From a bacterium (GTDB lineage Bacteria > Actinomycetota > Acidimicrobiia > Spongiisociales > Spongiisociaceae): a stretch of 64,000 nt of DNA. Every line of letters starts with the position of its first letter. Positions within the stretch are counted from its first letter, which is position 1. Made by a program: the position numbers and the translations under genes. Under the pieces are notes generated by a model. The model made no database searches, was not told where the DNA came from, and saw only the letters and a list, made by a program, of their open reading frames with translations. The DNA lies in NCBI GenBank assembly GCA_028820935.1, contig JAPPHZ010000011.1, positions 5,797 to 69,796 of the forward strand, written 5' to 3'. Shown piece after piece: positions 37,573 to 47,758 of this stretch.

Positions 37573-39507
37573 ATGCCGAGGGTGACGCTTCCCCGATTGA
37601 CCACCCCGTACGTGCGACGGGATGACGAATTGGTGCCGGCAACGTGGGACGAGGCGCTCGACCGGGCGGCGGCCGGGTTGAGCCGCCATACCGGTAGCGC
37701 CTATGGCATGTTCTCGTGCTCCAAGGCGACCAACGAGATGAACTTCCTGGCGCAGAAGTTCTCCAGGCTGGTCATGGAGTCGAACAACATCGACTCGTGT
37801 AACCGCACCTGACACGCTCCCTCGGTCGCCGGTCTGGCGGCAGTGTTCGGAGTAGGAGGCGGGACATGTTCCTACGAGGAGATCGAGACCACGGATGTGA
37901 TCCTGCTCTGGGGTTCCAATGCCCGGGAGGCGCATCCGATCTTCTTCCATCACCTGATGACGGGGGTTCGTAACGGCGCCAAGCTGTACGCGATCGACCC
38001 GCGCCGCACCACGTCGGCCATGTGGGCCGACGTCTGGCTCGGGCTCGAGGTGGGCTCGGACATCGCGCTGGCCAACACGCTTGCGCGCGAGATAATCGAG
38101 TCCGGCCTGCATAATGAGGAGTTCATCCGGCACTCGACCGAGGGTTTCGAGGCCTATGCCGAGTCGGTGGAGCCGTGGACGTTGCAGCGGGGCGCCGAGA
38201 TCACCGGCCTGCCCCCCGAAGTCATCCGCCGCATGGCTCACGACTATGCCACTGCGGAACAGGCCCAGATCTGCTGGACGCTGGGCATAACCGAGCATCA
38301 CAACGCCACCGACAACGTCCTCGCCCTCATAGACCTGGCCCTCCTGACCGGCCATGTCGGGCGCTACGGATCGGGATTGGTTCCGATCCGCGGCCAGAAC
38401 AACGTCCAGGGTGGCGGCGACATGGGCGCGTTGCCCAACCGGCTGCCCGGTTTCCAGTCGATCGAGGATCCGGTCTCACGCGGCAAGTTCGAGGCCCTCT
38501 GGGGCCGATCCGTGCCCGACCGGGCCGGCAAGCATCTGTCCCTGATGCTGGAGGCGATGGAGCACGGCGAGATAACCGCCCTGTACGTGATCGGCGAGAA
38601 CCCTGCCCAGTCGGAGGCCCGCTCCGACCATGCCCGCGACCTCCTGCGCGGGCTGGACTTCATGGTGGTGCAGGACATCTTCATGACCAGGACCGCCGAG
38701 CTGGCCGACGTGGTGTTCCCGGCGGCGGCCGGATGGGCCGAGACGGACGGCACGGTGACCTCCTCCGAGCGGCGCGTGCAGCGCGTCCGCAAGGCTCTCG
38801 ACCCTCCTGGAGAGGCTCGAGATGATCTGCACATCATCTCGGCTCTCGCCGAACGGATGGGCCGGGGTTGGGGGTATCCGACCGCCGAGGAGGTTTGGGA
38901 CGAACTCCGCAGCCTCTCACCCAACCACGCCGGGATGTCGTACCGCCGGCTCGCCGAGGCGGGTGGCCTCCAGTGGCCGTGTACCGACGAGGACCATGCC
39001 GGCACCCTGTTCCTGCACGGTGATCTCTGGGACGATCCGCTGCCTCGCGACCCGGCCCCCTTCTTCCCGACGCCGTGGGCCCCGCCGGTGGACGAGCTGA
39101 GCGAGGAATACCCGATCCGGCTCACCACAGGTCGCCGGCTCGACTCCTACAACACCGGCGTCCAGTCCGGGGGCTACTCATCCCCGCTGAGGACCGCGGT
39201 GGCCGTCGAGGTAGCTCCGGCGGACGCAGCCGAGCTCGGTGTGGCCGAGGGTGACCTGGTCCGCGTCGTGTCGCGCCGGGGGTCCGTGGAGGCGCCGGTG
39301 CTGTTCGATCGTACGCTCCGCCGCGGCCTGGCCTTCATGGCCGTCCACGATCCCGACGAGGTGGATGTGAACCTGCTCACCATCGACGCGTGGGACCCCA
39401 AGTCGGGTACCGCCGAGTTCAAGGCCACCGCGGTCCGCATCGATCCCTTGCGCAAGGATGCCGGGAGACGATCGGAACTCCAGCCCGTGGCAAACTACCG
39501 GGCATGA
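37573..39507 (+). CDS. fdhA: Selenocysteine-containing molybdopterin formate dehydrogenase catalytic subunit lacking the N-terminal Fe-S domain; the in-frame TGA at 37810-37812 is read as Sec
   Basis: The stop sits inside the motif NIDSCNRT-U-HAPSVAGL. This aligns with the E. coli FdhF Sec motif CARV-U-HGPSVAGL. Upstream and downstream ORFs are in the same frame. A strong AAGGAGGTG ribosome-binding site precedes the ATG at 37573. Confidence 0.8.
37823..37843 (+). promoter_or_regulatory. Putative bacterial SECIS hairpin, 6-bp stem with GGUCU apical loop, beginning about 11 nt after the UGA
   Basis: GUCGCC-GGUCU-GGCGGC lies at 37825-37841. The loop resembles the GGUCU-type loop of the E. coli fdhF SECIS. 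Confidence 0.5.
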
Positions 39508-39508
39508 A

Positions 39509-39541
39509 AGCTGTCGGCCACCACAGAGCTGTCGGCCACCA
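39509..39541. repeat. Direct repeat AGCTGTCGGCCACCA x2 separated by CAG, overlapping the fdhA stop
   Basis: Exact 15-bp copies lie at 39509-39523 and 39527-39541. Confidence 0.6.
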
Positions 39542-39605
39542 AGCCATCCCCTTTGTAAGGGATTTCCCGGCAAACGTCTAGGAGACTCCCATCGACCTGC
39601 GACTC

Positions 39606-41387
39606 ATGTCCGCCGAGCCGACCTCCGCGGAGCGGTTGGCCGTTGACGCGTTGCTAGGACCCCCCTCTCCATCCGGGGACGGGGAACCTGCGCAGCCAGC
39701 CGACCGGCGCGTGGCGTTCGGTGGCTATCGCCTCTCGGTGGAGAGCCGTCACAAATTGCTGCCGGCGCTCCATGCGGTGAACGACGCGATCGGATGGGTC
39801 AGCGCCGGGGCGCTCAACTACATCTGCGAGCGGCTGCTGGTCCCCCCGGCGGAGGCGTACGGCGTGGCCGGCTTCTACGCCTTGCTGTCGTTGGAGGAAC
39901 GGCCGGCCCGCGTGGCTCACGTGTGTGACGACGTGGCCTGCCGCACCATGGGCGGCGCCGAGATACTGGAGGGCCTGGAGGGCCGCCCTGACGTGCATCC
40001 CAGCCCGTGCCTCGGTCAGTGCGACCAGGCCCCGGCTGTCTTCTTCCAGCGGGCCGGCGAGGAGGACACCGTGCTGGTCGGCGCTACCTGCGACCGCGTC
40101 ACCGACGTGCTTGAAGGCGGCTCCGCCGGGGAAGTCCCGCCCGTCGTGCCGCAGGCGGGGGATCCGTCGTTGCGGCTGCTCAAACGTATCGGCACGGTCG
40201 ATCCGAACTCCCTGGACGCCTACCGGGAGGCCGGCGGTTACCAGGCCCTGGCCCGGGCCGTCGAGATGGGGCCGGAACGGGTCATCGCCGAGATCAAGGC
40301 GTCCGACCTCCGGGGACGGGGGGGCGCCGCCTTCCCGATGGGGATCAAGTGGGAGGCGGTAGCCCGGTCACCCGCCCTGCCGCACTACCTGATCTGTAAC
40401 GCCGACGAATCGGAGCCGGGCACCTTCAAGGACCGGGCGATCATGGAGGGCGACCCCTTCGCGGTGGTCGAGTCGATGGCCATCGCCGGGCTGGCCGTCG
40501 GGGCCGAGCTCGGGTACCTGTACATCCGGGCCGAGTATCCCCTGGCCCAGTCCCGCCTCCAGAATGCCATCGACCGCGCCCGGGCGGAGGGCCTCCTCGG
40601 CGCGGACGTGGCCGGCTCGGGCCGCACGTTCGAGATCGAGATCCGGCGTGGCGGAGGCGCCTACATCTGCGGTGAGGAGACCGCCCTGATGGAGTCCATC
40701 GAGGGCAAGCGGGGGGAGCCGCGTAACAAGCCTCCCTTCCCGACCCAGGTGGGCCTGTTCGGACGTCCCACGGTGATCAACAACGTCGAGACCCTGATCA
40801 ACGTGCTCGACATAGTGCTCGAGGGCGGGGCCGCCTTCGCGGAGATCGGAACGGGGGAGTCGACCGGGCCGAAGCTGTTCTGCCTGTCCGGCGCCGTCGA
40901 GCGGCCCGGCCTGTACGAGGTGGAGTTCGGCCGGACGTTGGGGGAACTGATCGACCTGGCCGGGGGCGTTACCGGAACCGGCCGTATAGGAGCGGTGATG
41001 CTCGGAGGCGCGGCCGGGGTGTTCGTCGGTGAGGACCATCTCGACATGCCGCTGACCTTCGAGGATGCCCGGTCCCGCAGCGCCACGCTCGGCTCCGGCG
41101 TGATCCTGGTGTTCGACGACCGGACCGACTTCCCGGACATAACCAGGCGGATCGCCCAGTTCTTCCGGGACGAGTCCTGCGGCCAGTGTGTACCCTGCCG
41201 GGTCGGTACCGTCCGCCAGGAGGAGTTGCTGGCTCGCCACGATGGCGGCGAGCCCCTGGACGAGGATCTGTTCGAGGAGGTGGCGCGGGTGATGATGGAC
41301 GCCTCGATCTGCGGGTTGGGGCACACTGCGTCGACTGCCATCCGGTCGGTCATCGATCTGGGCCTGCTGGAGCGGTCTCGTGGCTGA
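39606..41387 (+). CDS. NAD-dependent formate dehydrogenase diaphorase: a NuoE-like (2Fe-2S) domain fused to a NuoF-like (FMN, NAD, 4Fe-4S) subunit (FdsG-FdsB fusion)
   Basis: The N-terminal Cys motifs CDDVAC...CLGQC are present. The NuoF motifs GRGGAAFPMGIKW, ESCGQCVPCR and CGLGH follow. Confidence 0.85.
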   Translation: MSAEPTSAERLAVDALLGPPSPSGDGEPAQPADRRVAFGGYRLSVESRHKLLPALHAVNDAIGWVSAGALNYICERLLVPPAEAYGVAGFYALLSLEERPARVAHVCDDVACRTMGGAEILEGLEGRPDVHPSPCLGQCDQAPAVFFQRAGEEDTVLVGATCDRVTDVLEGGSAGEVPPVVPQAGDPSLRLLKRIGTVDPNSLDAYREAGGYQALARAVEMGPERVIAEIKASDLRGRGGAAFPMGIKWEAVARSPALPHYLICNADESEPGTFKDRAIMEGDPFAVVESMAIAGLAVGAELGYLYIRAEYPLAQSRLQNAIDRARAEGLLGADVAGSGRTFEIEIRRGGGAYICGEETALMESIEGKRGEPRNKPPFPTQVGLFGRPTVINNVETLINVLDIVLEGGAAFAEIGTGESTGPKLFCLSGAVERPGLYEVEFGRTLGELIDLAGGVTGTGRIGAVMLGGAAGVFVGEDHLDMPLTFEDARSRSATLGSGVILVFDDRTDFPDITRRIAQFFRDESCGQCVPCRVGTVRQEELLARHDGGEPLDEDLFEEVARVMMDASICGLGHTASTAIRSVIDLGLLERSRG

Positions 41388-42369
41388 GATCACGCTGGCC
41401 GTAGACGGGACCTCCGTCACGGTTCCGGGCGGGTCGACCATCCTCGACGCTTGCCGCGTTCTGGGCAACGACCAGCCCACCCTCTGCTACCTGGACAACC
41501 TGACCCCGGTAAACGTCTGCCGGGTATGCGTGGTGGAGGTGGAGGGCAACCGCACCCTCGTGCCCTCGTGCAGCCGCCCGGCCGAGGAGGGAATGGAGGT
41601 GGCCACCGACAGCGACCGGGTCCGCCACTCCCGCAAGATGGTCTACGAGTTCCTGGCCTCCTCGGTCGAACTCGACCTGGTCGACGAGGAGACCGTGGCG
41701 TGGATGGACCGTTACGGCTGCGATCCCGACCGCTACGGCCCGCCCGCCGATCCTTCCGGCGACCGCGATCAGCGCAAGGCGGGCCACCACCGGATCGGTC
41801 CCGGGACCGCAGCCGAGACCGTTTACCAGCCGGTCAAGGTGGACAACGAGCTCTACGTGCGGGATTACTCCCGGTGCATCCTCTGCTACAAGTGCGTGGA
41901 GGCCTGCGGCGAGGACGCACAGAACACATTCGCCATAGCGGTGGCCGGGCGGGGCTTCGACGCCCGCATCTCGACCGAGTTCGACACCGGGTTGACCGAC
42001 TCGGCCTGCGTCTTCTGCGGGAACTGCATAGGCGTGTGTCCCACCGGCGCCCTCATGTTCCGCAGCGAGTACGAGCTGCGCCAGGCAGGCATGTGGGAGG
42101 AGGACGGCCAGACCGTCACCCGTACCATCTGCTCGTACTGCGGGGTCGGTTGCAACCTGGACCTCCACGTCCAGGACAACCGGATCGTGAAGGTCACCTC
42201 GCCGATGGACCACTCGGTCACCTCCGGACACCTCTGTATCAAGGGACGGTTCGGATACGAGTACGTTCAGCAACTCGGCGACCTGGCCGTCACGCCCATC
42301 GACGAGATTCTCCGGAGAGCCAGGATTGACGACCGAGGGCGGCGCCGGTCCCCCGAGTCCCGCGCCTGA
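41380..42369 (+). CDS. NuoG-like N-terminal Fe-S protein carrying 2Fe-2S, His-ligated and two ferredoxin-type 4Fe-4S sites, plus the 4Fe-4S domain normally at the N-terminus of molybdopterin formate dehydrogenases
   Basis: C-x-x-C-x-x-x-C-...-C blocks are present, and the C-terminal CSYCGVGCNLDLH...HLCIKGRFG matches the FdhF N-terminal VCPYCASGC...TLCLKGYYG. It overlaps the previous gene by 8 nt. Confidence 0.8.
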   Translation: MAEITLAVDGTSVTVPGGSTILDACRVLGNDQPTLCYLDNLTPVNVCRVCVVEVEGNRTLVPSCSRPAEEGMEVATDSDRVRHSRKMVYEFLASSVELDLVDEETVAWMDRYGCDPDRYGPPADPSGDRDQRKAGHHRIGPGTAAETVYQPVKVDNELYVRDYSRCILCYKCVEACGEDAQNTFAIAVAGRGFDARISTEFDTGLTDSACVFCGNCIGVCPTGALMFRSEYELRQAGMWEEDGQTVTRTICSYCGVGCNLDLHVQDNRIVKVTSPMDHSVTSGHLCIKGRFGYEYVQQLGDLAVTPIDEILRRARIDDRGRRRSPESRA

Positions 42370-43558
42370 GGACTACATAGGGACGGGCCGGGCCGCGGCG
42401 CTCTTCTGTGCCGTGATCATGGTCACCCACGGCTTCGGCAACGGTCTGGTTCCTGCCCTCCTGCCGCGCATCGGTGAGAGCTTCGGGTCGGGCTATGGCG
42501 CCCTGGGCCTGGCCGTGTCATCAGGACTTCTGGCGTACGGTCTGGGCGCAGCCGTGGGTGTCCGGGTGGTGGACATGTTCCCGCTACGGGGAATCATCCT
42601 GGCCGCGCTGTCGGTCTGCGTGGTCGGGTTCCTGGTGGCGGTGGGGGCCGGATCGCCGGTGGTTCTTGCCGGATCGGTGGTGCTCATCAGCCTGATGGCG
42701 CCGATCAGTTGGTCGGCGTCGGTACGCCTCATCGCCCGGGTGGTCGAGCCCTCCTCCCTCGGGCGGGTCACCGTGGTGGCGAGTTCGGGCGCCGGAGTGG
42801 GGGGTGGCATCAACGGTGCGTACGCGCTCTTCCTCGCCGGACCGGACGAATGGAGGCTGGCCTTCGTGATCGCAACTGCGGTGTCGGTGGCGACCGGGCT
42901 GGCCGTCCTGGTGCTGCTGCCCCGCACTCCTGGCTCGAGGCCGCGGCTGGCCAGGACCGCCGTGCGGCGAAGAGACTGGAGGGATACGTGGGCGGTCCGG
43001 ACCGGTCGGATGGTGATCCTGCTCAGCGTCGGGGCCGGCCTCGGCGGCTTCACGTTCGTCAGCTACATGTCGGCCACGGCGGTGGACGAGTTCGGTGTGT
43101 CACCGGTGGGGGTGGCCGGGCTGTGGTGGATTGCTTCGTCCGTCGGGCTGATGGCGGCCGTGATGATGGGCGCGTGGTCGGATCGGGTATCGCCCGTGCT
43201 GGTCATCGGCGTGATCTCTCTCGCCTACGCCACCGGTCTGGTTGTTCTCGTGCTGGCCTGGTCGTACACGGGCCTGATGGTGGCGGCCCTGGGATTCGGG
43301 TTCTTCAACTACCCGATATGGGGGCTGCTGGGCCACCTGGCCGGGCAGGGCATGGCGCCGCGGCTGGCGGTGCGGGCCTTCTCGGGAGGCCTGACGGCGG
43401 CGGCCTGGTGCGCAACGTCGGGAATCGCCCTGGCCGGCTGGTGGATCGACCGGACGGGCAGCTTCCGCATCCCGGTCGTCGTGCTGGCCACCCTGAGCGG
43501 TCTGGTCACCGCCTGGATCGCCACCGAGTACTTCCGCCGGCGCGTCAGGGGGGTGTAG
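42326..43558 (+). CDS. MFS transporter, possibly oxalate/formate family by context
   Basis: A 12-TM hydrophobic profile with MFS-like pattern. The start is probably downstream (ATG near 42419). Confidence 0.65.
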   Translation: MTTEGGAGPPSPAPEDYIGTGRAAALFCAVIMVTHGFGNGLVPALLPRIGESFGSGYGALGLAVSSGLLAYGLGAAVGVRVVDMFPLRGIILAALSVCVVGFLVAVGAGSPVVLAGSVVLISLMAPISWSASVRLIARVVEPSSLGRVTVVASSGAGVGGGINGAYALFLAGPDEWRLAFVIATAVSVATGLAVLVLLPRTPGSRPRLARTAVRRRDWRDTWAVRTGRMVILLSVGAGLGGFTFVSYMSATAVDEFGVSPVGVAGLWWIASSVGLMAAVMMGAWSDRVSPVLVIGVISLAYATGLVVLVLAWSYTGLMVAALGFGFFNYPIWGLLGHLAGQGMAPRLAVRAFSGGLTAAAWCATSGIALAGWWIDRTGSFRIPVVVLATLSGLVTAWIATEYFRRRVRGV

Positions 43559-43683
43559 CGAGTGAGGAACACCTGGTGGGTGGACCGAGGCGCCCGCGGG
43601 CGTGGTGGTAGCCTGGGCGGTATCCCGCCGGCCTTCGTCGCTCCTGTTACTTCGGCCGGGTAGGCCGTATTCTCAAGGACGTC

Positions 43684-44157
43684 ATGCTTTCCCAGATGAT
43701 CCGAGCCGGCCGCCTCGATCGGCCTTTCTACGAGTCGCTGCTCTTCGACCAGTACGCGACCGGCAACGCGGTGGTGATGATCATCATCGCCGGGATCCTT
43801 CCGCAGTTCTGGTCGTTCTCGCTGGTCGGCGCGGCGTTCGCCATCCTTGCCAGCATCTTCCGCGCCCTCCTGGTGACCGCCGCGGTGTGGGCGGCCTCGG
43901 TATACATCTTCAAGCGCCACGGAAACCACCGAGCCACCTTCAGGATGGTCGGCTTCGCCAACGTAGCCTTCTTCCCGCTGGTCCTGGCCGGGCGACCGGG
44001 CCTGCTGGGGTTGGTGGCGCTGCTGATCACCGCGGTGTGGTTCTTCCTCGCCCTCCGCACTGCGGTCGGCGCCCAGTTCGACCTCGACCATCCGGAGAAC
44101 AGCTTCGTCGCCGCCACCGGCCTGCTCGGCTGGTACCTGTCGATAATCCTCTTCTAG
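43684..44157 (+). CDS. Yip1-domain membrane protein
   Basis: A 157-aa protein with 4-5 TM helices and a Yip1/DUF1282-like pattern. Confidence 0.5.
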   Translation: MLSQMIRAGRLDRPFYESLLFDQYATGNAVVMIIIAGILPQFWSFSLVGAAFAILASIFRALLVTAAVWAASVYIFKRHGNHRATFRMVGFANVAFFPLVLAGRPGLLGLVALLITAVWFFLALRTAVGAQFDLDHPENSFVAATGLLGWYLSIILF

Positions 44158-44185
44158 CGGACCACGAGAAGGGCGCTCCGCCCGG

Positions 44186-44920
44186 ATGCCGACCTACCGT
44201 CTCGACCTCTCCTATGACGGATCAGGATTCCACGGTTACGCCCGCCAACCCACCGTGCGCACCGTTCAGGGTGAGTTGGAGGCCGCTCTGGCCCGCGTTC
44301 TCGAGCCCGTAGACACGGTGGTGGCCGGGCGTACCGATGCCGGAGTCCACGCCCGCCATCAGGTGGTGTCCTTCTCCACCGCCAAACCGGTCGATCCCGA
44401 CCGGCTGGCTCGTTCCCTCACCAAGCTCCTGGCGCCCGAGATCGTGGTATACGCCGCGGCGCGAGCGCCGGATGGATTCTCGGCACGCTTCTCCGCCACT
44501 CGCCGCACGTACCGGTACCGGGTCCTCAACAGTCCGCATCCCGACCCGCTCCGGCGGACGACCTCGTGGTACGTCAGCAAGCCGCTCGATCTGGGGGCGA
44601 TGAACCGGGCGGTGGGTTACCTGGTCGGCGAGCACGACTTCGCTTCCTTCTGCCGCAGGCGGGAAGGGGCTTCGACCGTCCGTACCGTTCTCTCGGCCGC
44701 CTGGTCCGCCCAGCACGGCGGCATCCTCGAACTGGAGATCGCAGGAACGGCGTTCTGCCACCAGATGGTCCGGTCCATCGTCGCGTTCTCGGTGGAAGTG
44801 GGTAGGGGGCGGATCGAACCCGGTGCCACCCCCCAGGTCCTCCGCGCCAGGGACAGGAACGAGGCCAGGGGGGCCGCCCCGCCCCACGGCCTGGTCCTGT
44901 GGCAGGTGCACTACCGTTAG
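44186..44920 (+). CDS. truA: tRNA pseudouridine(38-40) synthase
   Basis: The catalytic motif [10 protein letters not shown] is present. The gene sits in the conserved context before rplM. Confidence 0.85.
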   Translation: MPTYRLDLSYDGSGFHGYARQPTVRTVQGELEAALARVLEPVDTVVAGRTDAGVHARHQVVSFSTAKPVDPDRLARSLTKLLAPEIVVYAAARAPDGFSARFSATRRTYRYRVLNSPHPDPLRRTTSWYVSKPLDLGAMNRAVGYLVGEHDFASFCRRREGASTVRTVLSAAWSAQHGGILELEIAGTAFCHQMVRSIVAFSVEVGRGRIEPGATPQVLRARDRNEARGAAPPHGLVLWQVHYR

Positions 44921-45030
44921 CGGCTGGCAACCGGCCGCTGACCTCGCTACAATCCGGCGGCCCGCCGTTTATAGCCGACCACCTGGCTTTCCGGCCCCCT
45001 TCCAGTATCCCGATCCGCAACCGAGCGACG

Positions 45031-45492
45031 ATGGTGAAGCGACAGACCACCTACACCCCCAAGCCCGATGACATCAGCCGGCGCTGGTTCGTAGTGGACG
45101 CGGCCGACGTGCCGCTTGGGCGCCTCGCCTCGCGCCTCGCTCCGATACTGGCCGGCAAGCACAAGCCCACCTACGCGCCCCATATGGACGGCGGCGACTT
45201 CGTGGTGGTGGTCAACGCGGAGAAGGTGGCGGTCACGTCCACCAACAGCCAGAACAAGATCTACTACCGGCACTCCGGTTACCCCGGCGGCCTCAAGGAG
45301 GAATCGTTCGAGAGCCTGATCGAGCGTAGACCCGAGGCGGTCATCGAACGGGCGGTCCGGGGTATGCTCCCCAAGACCAAGCTGGGCCGCCGGATGATCC
45401 GCAAGCTCAAGGTCTACGCGGGTCCGGACCATCCTCATCAAGCCCAGTCTCCGGAGGTTCTCGACCTCGCCATAAGGAAGGTGAGTTTCTGA
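45031..45492 (+). CDS. rplM: 50S ribosomal protein L13
   Basis: The sequence [24 protein letters not shown] is present. The upstream ORF extension is non-coding. Confidence 0.9.
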   Translation: MVKRQTTYTPKPDDISRRWFVVDAADVPLGRLASRLAPILAGKHKPTYAPHMDGGDFVVVVNAEKVAVTSTNSQNKIYYRHSGYPGGLKEESFESLIERRPEAVIERAVRGMLPKTKLGRRMIRKLKVYAGPDHPHQAQSPEVLDLAIRKVSF

Positions 45493-45896
45493 TGGCCCGA
45501 GCCGTCGCCCAAGCCGTAGCCCAGGCAACAGGGCGCCGCAAGGAAGCGGTGGCCCAGGTGCGCCTTTACCACGGCACCGGCGTGTTCACCCTCAACGGGC
45601 GGTCGCTGGAGCGGTACTTCCCCACCATGGCCCGCCGCATGCGGGTGCTGGAGCCGCTTCGGGTCGCCAACCTGGAGGGCCGCTACGACATCGTGGCCAA
45701 GCTGCACGGTGGTGGCGTGAATGGCCAGGCAGATGCCCTCCGCCTCGGCATCGCCCGCAGCCTGGCCAGTATGGATCCGAGCCTCCGCCACGACCTCAAG
45801 CGCGCCGGGTTGCTCACCAGGGACGCCCGGGTCGTGGAGCGCAAGAAGTACGGTCTCCGCAAGGCTCGGCGGGCGCCGCAGTACACCAAGCGGTAG
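45492..45896 (+). CDS. rpsI: 30S ribosomal protein S9
   Basis: The basic C-terminus RKARRAPQYTKR is present. The gene overlaps the L13 stop by 1 nt. Confidence 0.9.
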   Translation: MARAVAQAVAQATGRRKEAVAQVRLYHGTGVFTLNGRSLERYFPTMARRMRVLEPLRVANLEGRYDIVAKLHGGGVNGQADALRLGIARSLASMDPSLRHDLKRAGLLTRDARVVERKKYGLRKARRAPQYTKR

Positions 45897-45922
45897 GAGA
45901 GTGCCGCCGGCCCTGATTCTCC

Positions 45923-47299
45923 GTGTCCCCATCCGGGCCGCACCCCACCTTGCCCGTTAATCCCTCTCATCCCCGCCGGCTCTTCGGTACGGATGGTGTG
46001 CGCGGGCTAGCCAACTCCGAACTGGGTGTCGATCTCGTGATGGGTCTGGCCCGCGCCGCCGGCGAGCCGGCGGGCGGAGGCGTGGTGGTGGTCGGCCGTG
46101 ACACCCGCCGCTCCGGTCCGATGCTCGTCGCCGCGCTGCAGGCCGGATTCCACTCGGTCGGCGTAGACACCTTCGACGCGGGCGTGATTCCGGTAGGCGG
46201 GGTGTCCGCCCTCGTGACCGGACTCGGCGCCGACCTGGGAGTGATGGTCTCGGCTTCGCACAACCCGGCGCCTGACAACGGGATCAAGTTCCTCGATGCC
46301 GACGGCTTCAAGCTCGATGACGAGCGGGAGGCGGATATCGAGGCCCGGCTTTCCCGCGGAGCTCCCTGGCGCTGCCCCACCGGAGCCGGGGTGGGCGCCG
46401 GCCGTGCCCTCCCGGACGCGACGGACCGGTACCTGGCCGCGATCGGCTCCCATGCCTCCCGGTCGCTGGAGGGGGTGCGCCTCGCCCTCGACTGCGCCAA
46501 CGGCGCCGCCTACCGGGCTGCTCCCCGGTTGTTCGCCTCGCTCGGCGCTGACGTGGTGACCTTCTTCGCCGATCCCGACGGGATGAACATCAACGACGGC
46601 TGCGGCGCCACCTCGCCCGAGCGCCTGGCCGCGGAGACCGGGGCCGGTGGCCGGATCGGGTTCTGCTTCGACGGCGACGCCGACCGCCTCATCGCGCTCG
46701 ATGAGGATGGCCGTGTCGTCAACGGGGACGTGATCATGGCCATCATCGCCCTCCATCTCAAGAGACGGGGAGAGTTGGTCGGCAACAAGGTGGTCACCAC
46801 GGTCATGTCCAACCTGGGGTTCCGTAGGTCCATGCGGGAGGCGGGGATCGAATTGCTGGAGACGCAGGTCGGCGATCGCTACGTCCTGGCGGCGATGCGC
46901 GAGCACGGCGCGGTGCTGGGCGGGGAACAGTCCGGCCACGTCATCCAACTCGACCGGGGGACGACCGGCGACGGCCTTCTCACCGCCCTGCGGCTCCTGG
47001 AGGTGCTGGTTCGGGAACGGCGCCCGCTCGCCGACCTGCGGCGGGATGCGATGACCGAGTTCCCCCAGGTGTTGGTCAACCTGCCGGTCCGGTCCCGGGA
47101 TCTGGACCGGGCGAAAGGCCTGGGGGAGGCGATCGCCTCGGCCGAGGCCGAGCTAGGCGACGATGGACGGGTACTGGTGCGGGCTTCGGGAACCGAGCCC
47201 CTGGTCCGGGTGATGGTGGAGGCCGCCAGGGCGGAGACCGCCGACTCGATCGCCCACCGGCTGGCCGGAGTGGTCCGCGAGGAACTCGGCCGCGTGTAG
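45923..47299 (+). CDS. glmM: Phosphoglucosamine mutase
   Basis: The LFGTDGVRG and SASHNPAPDNGIKF motifs are present. The exact start is uncertain (GTG 45923 or TTG 45950). Confidence 0.85.
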   Translation: MSPSGPHPTLPVNPSHPRRLFGTDGVRGLANSELGVDLVMGLARAAGEPAGGGVVVVGRDTRRSGPMLVAALQAGFHSVGVDTFDAGVIPVGGVSALVTGLGADLGVMVSASHNPAPDNGIKFLDADGFKLDDEREADIEARLSRGAPWRCPTGAGVGAGRALPDATDRYLAAIGSHASRSLEGVRLALDCANGAAYRAAPRLFASLGADVVTFFADPDGMNINDGCGATSPERLAAETGAGGRIGFCFDGDADRLIALDEDGRVVNGDVIMAIIALHLKRRGELVGNKVVTTVMSNLGFRRSMREAGIELLETQVGDRYVLAAMREHGAVLGGEQSGHVIQLDRGTTGDGLLTALRLLEVLVRERRPLADLRRDAMTEFPQVLVNLPVRSRDLDRAKGLGEAIASAEAELGDDGRVLVRASGTEPLVRVMVEAARAETADSIAHRLAGVVREELGRV

Positions 47300-47379
47300 C
47301 CGGCCGATGCCTGATGGTCCGCGCCGGTGCGGATCGGGGCTAATCTGGATGCGACAACCGATCACGGACAACCGTTTCT

Positions 47380-47548
47380 TCAAGCGCCTGACCCCGGCTG
47401 TCGAATCGAGAGATCGACTCGCCGGACCGGGGTGACGAGGAAGAGGGATCATCGAGCATTCGGCGGATGCCCTCTCGGCCCTTCCACGGTCGTGACGGTT
47501 CGGAGCAAAAGCCGCGGGCAACCGGGGTGACAGAGACCGGACCGGAGT
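47380..47548 (+). ncRNA. glmS ribozyme (GlcN6P-responsive self-cleaving riboswitch) in the glmS leader
   Basis: The cleavage-site context A|GCGCC lies at 47382-47388. The core GACGAGGA-AGAGGG-AUCAUCGAGCAUUCGGCGGAUGCCCUCU follows. It closely matches the B. subtilis core GACGAGGAUGGAGG-UUAUCGAAUUUUCGGCGGAUGCCUCC. Pairing is possible for P1 (CCCCGG/CCGGGG) and P2 (AGAGGG/CCCUCU). Confidence 0.75.
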
Positions 47549-47758
47549 GGAAGCGTGTGATCGGCGCGCGGCGCGCCGCCGGCCGGGTCCGGCCGGGTGG
47601 ATGCGACCCGCCTGCCATCCGGCCTCTCCGGCCGCACGCACGCCGCCCGGCGAGCAACCGCCCCGTGTCCTGACCGAGGCCACGAGCGGGTGCCTTCGCC
47701 CAGCATCCTTGCGGGTCCGGCATCGGTTTGCAGCAGACCCGAGGGTTGGGAGGCGAAG

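Noticed and set aside
37573-39507. Interpreting 37573-37812 and 37843-39507 as two genes or as a pseudogene interrupted by a stop
   Set aside because: Both pieces are in one frame. The TGA falls exactly on the conserved Sec position of FdhF and is followed by a SECIS-like hairpin. Selenocysteine read-through is the better explanation.
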